A DNA stretch of 20,000 bases, from the IMG/VR virus record IMGVR_UViG_3300036715_001160; one strand, written 5' to 3'. Every line of letters begins with the position of its first letter. The stretch's first letter is position 1. Shown here one piece after another: positions 18,193 to 20,000 of the stretch. Below the pieces are notes generated by a model, which saw nothing but the letters and a program-made list of their open reading frames with translations, was not told the origin of the DNA and did not search any database. A program made the translations under genes and the position numbers. This DNA comes from an uncultured virus (IMG/VR IMGVR_UViG_3300036715_001160) (lineage: Duplodnaviria > Heunggongvirae > Uroviricota > Caudoviricetes).

Positions 18193-18476
18193 ACTATTGC
18201 AATATCATATTCACTTACCATCAACTTAATACCTCCATCAACTTCAATTGCTTCTGCATTCTTGATAGAATTAACACCAATGTAAACTACATCACCTGCC
18301 TCTAAAGTTTTAACTTCTTCACCAACTGCATACACTGTTAACTTGGTCCACTTCTTCATGTCCTCAGTATCCATGTGTGCTTTATCAGCTTCACTTAATT
18401 CAATCACAGATTCTTTTCTTTCTGGCTGACTGATTAATACTCTACGTCCCTTAAGACTTTTAATTGCTTTACTCAT
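18186..18476 (-). CDS. groES: GroES/Cpn10-like co-chaperonin
   Basis: 96 aa. LKGRRVLI...VYAVGEEVKTLEAGDVVY...LMVSEYDIAIV matches the Cpn10 pattern. Confidence 0.8.
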   Translation of the reverse strand: MSKAIKSLKGRRVLISQPERKESVIELSEADKAHMDTEDMKKWTKLTVYAVGEEVKTLEAGDVVYIGVNSIKNAEAIEVDGGIKLMVSEYDIAIVW

Positions 18477-18537
18477 AATATTATGTTTTAATTATCCAGT
18501 AAAGATAATAAATTTATTAAACAATTAAAGTTTAAAC

Positions 18538-18625
18538 AAAAAAATAAGTCTAGATTTTTAAACCTAGACTTACCTTAATAACCAATTAAAACAATAACCA
18601 TTATAAATCGCAAAACAATAATGAT
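18538..18625 (-). ncRNA. Candidate small RNA 2
   Basis: TATATTTG promoter 18630-18637, U-rich body without a credible ORF, AGGTAAG running into hairpin TAAGTCTAG/CTAGACTTA and a T7 tail. Ends approximate. Confidence 0.55.
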
Positions 18626-18641
18626 ATCACAAATATAAGTA

Positions 18642-18905
18642 TTATTCAAATACTTTATACATTCTATTAAATTTTTTTTCTGGCATAAAAGAAAATGTAC
18701 CGGCCCAATCCTGTATCACATAGTCCCCCGGTGCTAATCTAATCTCACCATTCATAGTAGTGAGAAAAAAGCTATCAAATTTATGATTGATATAATTAAT
18801 GTGTCCCTCAAAATCCTCATACCCGGAAATCTTAATAGCACATTCTTCTGTACCATCATACTGTATAGCCTCAACACTCTTAGGCCTTTCTCTATATAAC
18901 TGCAT
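18642..18905 (-). CDS. Conserved small phage protein (VEAIQYDG...PGDYVI family)
   Basis: Likely start MQLYRERPKSVEAIQ at 18905 (87 aa), preceded by TATCTTTG at 18925-18932; the track's longer start crosses a terminator. Confidence 0.75.
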   Translation of the reverse strand: MQLYRERPKSVEAIQYDGTEECAIKISGYEDFEGHINYINHKFDSFFLTTMNGEIRLAPGDYVIQDWAGTFSFMPEKKFNRMYKVFE

Positions 18906-18937
18906 AATAAATAATTTTAAGATACAAAGATAATAAT

Positions 18938-19004
18938 AAAAACAAAACCTCCAGATTACTCCAGAGGTTTTCTTACCTAGCAAATTATGAAATGTTATTT
19001 TACT
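18938..19004 (-). ncRNA. Candidate small RNA 3
   Basis: TATATTTG promoter 19009-19016, GCTAGGTAAG, hairpin AAAACCTCTGGA-GTAA-TCTGGAGGTTTT, then GTTTTT. Ends approximate. Confidence 0.6.
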
Positions 19005-19186
19005 AATACAAATATATAATAATTCCCCGGAATACACCTTACCTATAATAAATAAATGCACTTACGGATTTATTGTATGCAGAATGAGGTGTACACATTT
19101 TGTATATGCATGAGATGGAGGTGGGCCCTTATTCAACAACCCCCCGGCCCTTCAGGCCTAGCTGGTACCCCCCATTGTTTAAAGGA

Positions 19187-19205
19187 ATTCAGCTCACAAC
19201 CATTA
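19187..19205 (+). promoter_or_regulatory. Repeated cassette motif 1, ATTCAGCTCACAACCATTA (putative phage early promoter)
   Basis: One of three near-identical 19-mers, each preceding a plus-strand ORF. Confidence 0.6.
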
Positions 19206-19223
19206 TGAAAAATACTAAAAATT

Positions 19224-19421
19224 ATGCGTACAGATATTAAAATTGTACTAGTGTTGGTAGATCCAACACTAGCTACTGCTGCACCTGAAGGTAGCAGAGT
19301 AATTGCTATGAGCCAAGCTCAAGCAATGATCAACACCTGGATAACACAAGGTGTGCTTGTTAAATATAAAGTTGGCCCTTGTAATGACCACTTATTATTT
19401 GAGATTATAAGAACTAAGTAG
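19224..19421 (+). CDS. Small hypothetical (early) protein
   Basis: 65 aa, AAAATTATG start context, between the repeat motif and a terminator hairpin. Confidence 0.65.
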   Translation: MRTDIKIVLVLVDPTLATAAPEGSRVIAMSQAQAMINTWITQGVLVKYKVGPCNDHLLFEIIRTK

Positions 19422-19447
19422 GGGTTATACCCTTACTTATTTTTTTT
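19415..19447 (+). terminator. Intrinsic terminator-like hairpin
   Basis: TAAGTAGGGG-TTATA-CCCTTACTTA plus T8; overlaps the TAG stop. Confidence 0.75.
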
Positions 19448-19452
19448 AATAT

Positions 19453-19471
19453 ATTCAGCTCTTAACTATTA
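19453..19471 (+). promoter_or_regulatory. Repeated cassette motif 2, ATTCAGCTCTTAACTATTA
   Basis: Second copy, 266 nt after the first. Confidence 0.65.
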
Positions 19472-19497
19472 TTAATTATTAATTTAAACTAAAGATT

Positions 19498-19701
19498 ATG
19501 GACACAGAAACAGTATTACAAATTATTGCTATGATAGACAGTAGATTAGCTATCATAGAAGAAACATTTATAATTGACTTTGATAAAGAAGAACGCTATG
19601 ATACAGGTCAACAAATAGGTAAAGAAAAAGCTCTTGAAGAGTTAAGAAACCACTTACAAGACTATATTGAATTACAAGTATTACAAATAGAAGGGGTGTA
19701 A
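19498..19701 (+). CDS. Small acidic helical hypothetical (early) protein
   Basis: 67 aa within a cassette unit. Confidence 0.75.
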   Translation: MDTETVLQIIAMIDSRLAIIEETFIIDFDKEERYDTGQQIGKEKALEELRNHLQDYIELQVLQIEGV

Positions 19702-19716
19702 TACCCTTTCTTTTTT
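19689..19716 (+). terminator. Intrinsic terminator-like hairpin
   Basis: AGAAGGGGTG-TAA-TACCCTTTCT plus T run; the TAA stop codon forms the loop. Confidence 0.75.
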
Positions 19717-19735
19717 ATTCAGCTTTTAACTATTA
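19717..19735 (+). promoter_or_regulatory. Repeated cassette motif 3, ATTCAGCTTTTAACTATTA
   Basis: Third copy, 264 nt after the second; 18/19 identical to copy 2. Confidence 0.65.
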
Positions 19736-19754
19736 ATAATTAAATTTATATATT

Positions 19755-19988
19755 ATGGATTGTACAATAATTGGAGTAGGTAACACAATATCATATGAAC
19801 ACGGTTTTATAAAACATGAGGGTGTTGTAATTGGTGCTGTAAAAAATGTTTTATACACTGAAGCAGTTGAGTGTAATATAAAACTAATAAATGATATCTA
19901 TAATCAACCAAGACCTATCACTGATGATAGCTTTGATATTATGGATAGTTTAATAAATGTAACATACAGTATGATACACTGGTTGTAA
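19755..19988 (+). CDS. Small hypothetical (early) protein
   Basis: 77 aa within a cassette unit. Confidence 0.7.
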   Translation: MDCTIIGVGNTISYEHGFIKHEGVVIGAVKNVLYTEAVECNIKLINDIYNQPRPITDDSFDIMDSLINVTYSMIHWL

Positions 19989-20000
19989 TTAAGAGTGGGT

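Noticed and set aside
982..18305. Plus-strand ORFs in the track (982, 1001, 2975, 3865, 6249, 8869, 12101, 12668, 14048, 15776, 18117)
   Set aside because: All are antisense shadows of well-supported minus-strand genes with no recognisable motifs.
17599..19045. AGGTAAG equals the eukaryotic 5' splice-site consensus
   Set aside because: Bacterial phage context with no intron structure; treated as coincidence.
18906..19061. N-terminal extension of the 139-aa ORF (likewise the 15762 and 10288 starts)
   Set aside because: Extensions cross terminators, promoters or upstream stops; internal ATGs at 18905, 15726 and 10276 have better context.
19020..19200. tRNA gene in the GC-rich intergenic region
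   Set aside because: No cloverleaf, T-loop GTTCRA or acceptor stem recognisable on either strand.
19205..19240. Micro-ORF MKNTKNYAYRY overlapping the 19224 gene start
   Set aside because: Only 11 codons, begins at the edge of the putative promoter motif; no evidence of translation.
19187..19735. CRISPR array or integron attC interpretation of the periodic repeats
   Set aside because: Spacers are ~245 nt and each encodes an ORF; repeats lack attC RYYYAAC/GTTRRRY structure; no cas or integrase gene in the window.
1..20000. Stop-codon reassignment (TAG/TGA recoding seen in some crAss-like phages)
   Set aside because: Long genes are intact in code 11, and both TAG (6549, 18186, 19419) and TGA (6935, 7851, 8450, 17896) end genes at overlaps or terminators.

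Overview
AT-rich (roughly 30% GC by eye) segment of a dsDNA tailed phage with crAss-like (Crassvirales-related) gene content, most likely infecting a Bacteroidota/Flavobacteria host (Bacteroidota-type TAnnTTTG promoters, A-rich translation starts without Shine-Dalgarno). Bases 1-~19020 are transcribed on the minus strand. In coordinate order they hold the portal (truncated, missed by the ORF track), large terminase, a PD-(D/E)XK nuclease, Cys-rich, HU/IHF-like and HTH genes, a double lysis module (YkuD-like enzyme and GH24 lysozyme, each with a membrane protein), three paralogous decoration-like proteins, tail fibre/tailspike genes, and an accessory block (HEXXH protein, lipoprotein, DUF3310, GroES). 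After a GC-rich strand-switch island (~19020-19180), small plus-strand genes sit in ~265-bp promoter-ORF-hairpin cassettes. The most unusual signal is a family of three (possibly four) ORF-less promoter-to-terminator units at 17560-19060. They share an AGGTAAG+hairpin 3' scaffold, and their variable 5' parts read as antisense to A-rich translation-start regions: a candidate phage small-RNA silencing system. Standard genetic code. All functional calls come from motif recognition only, not from database searches.
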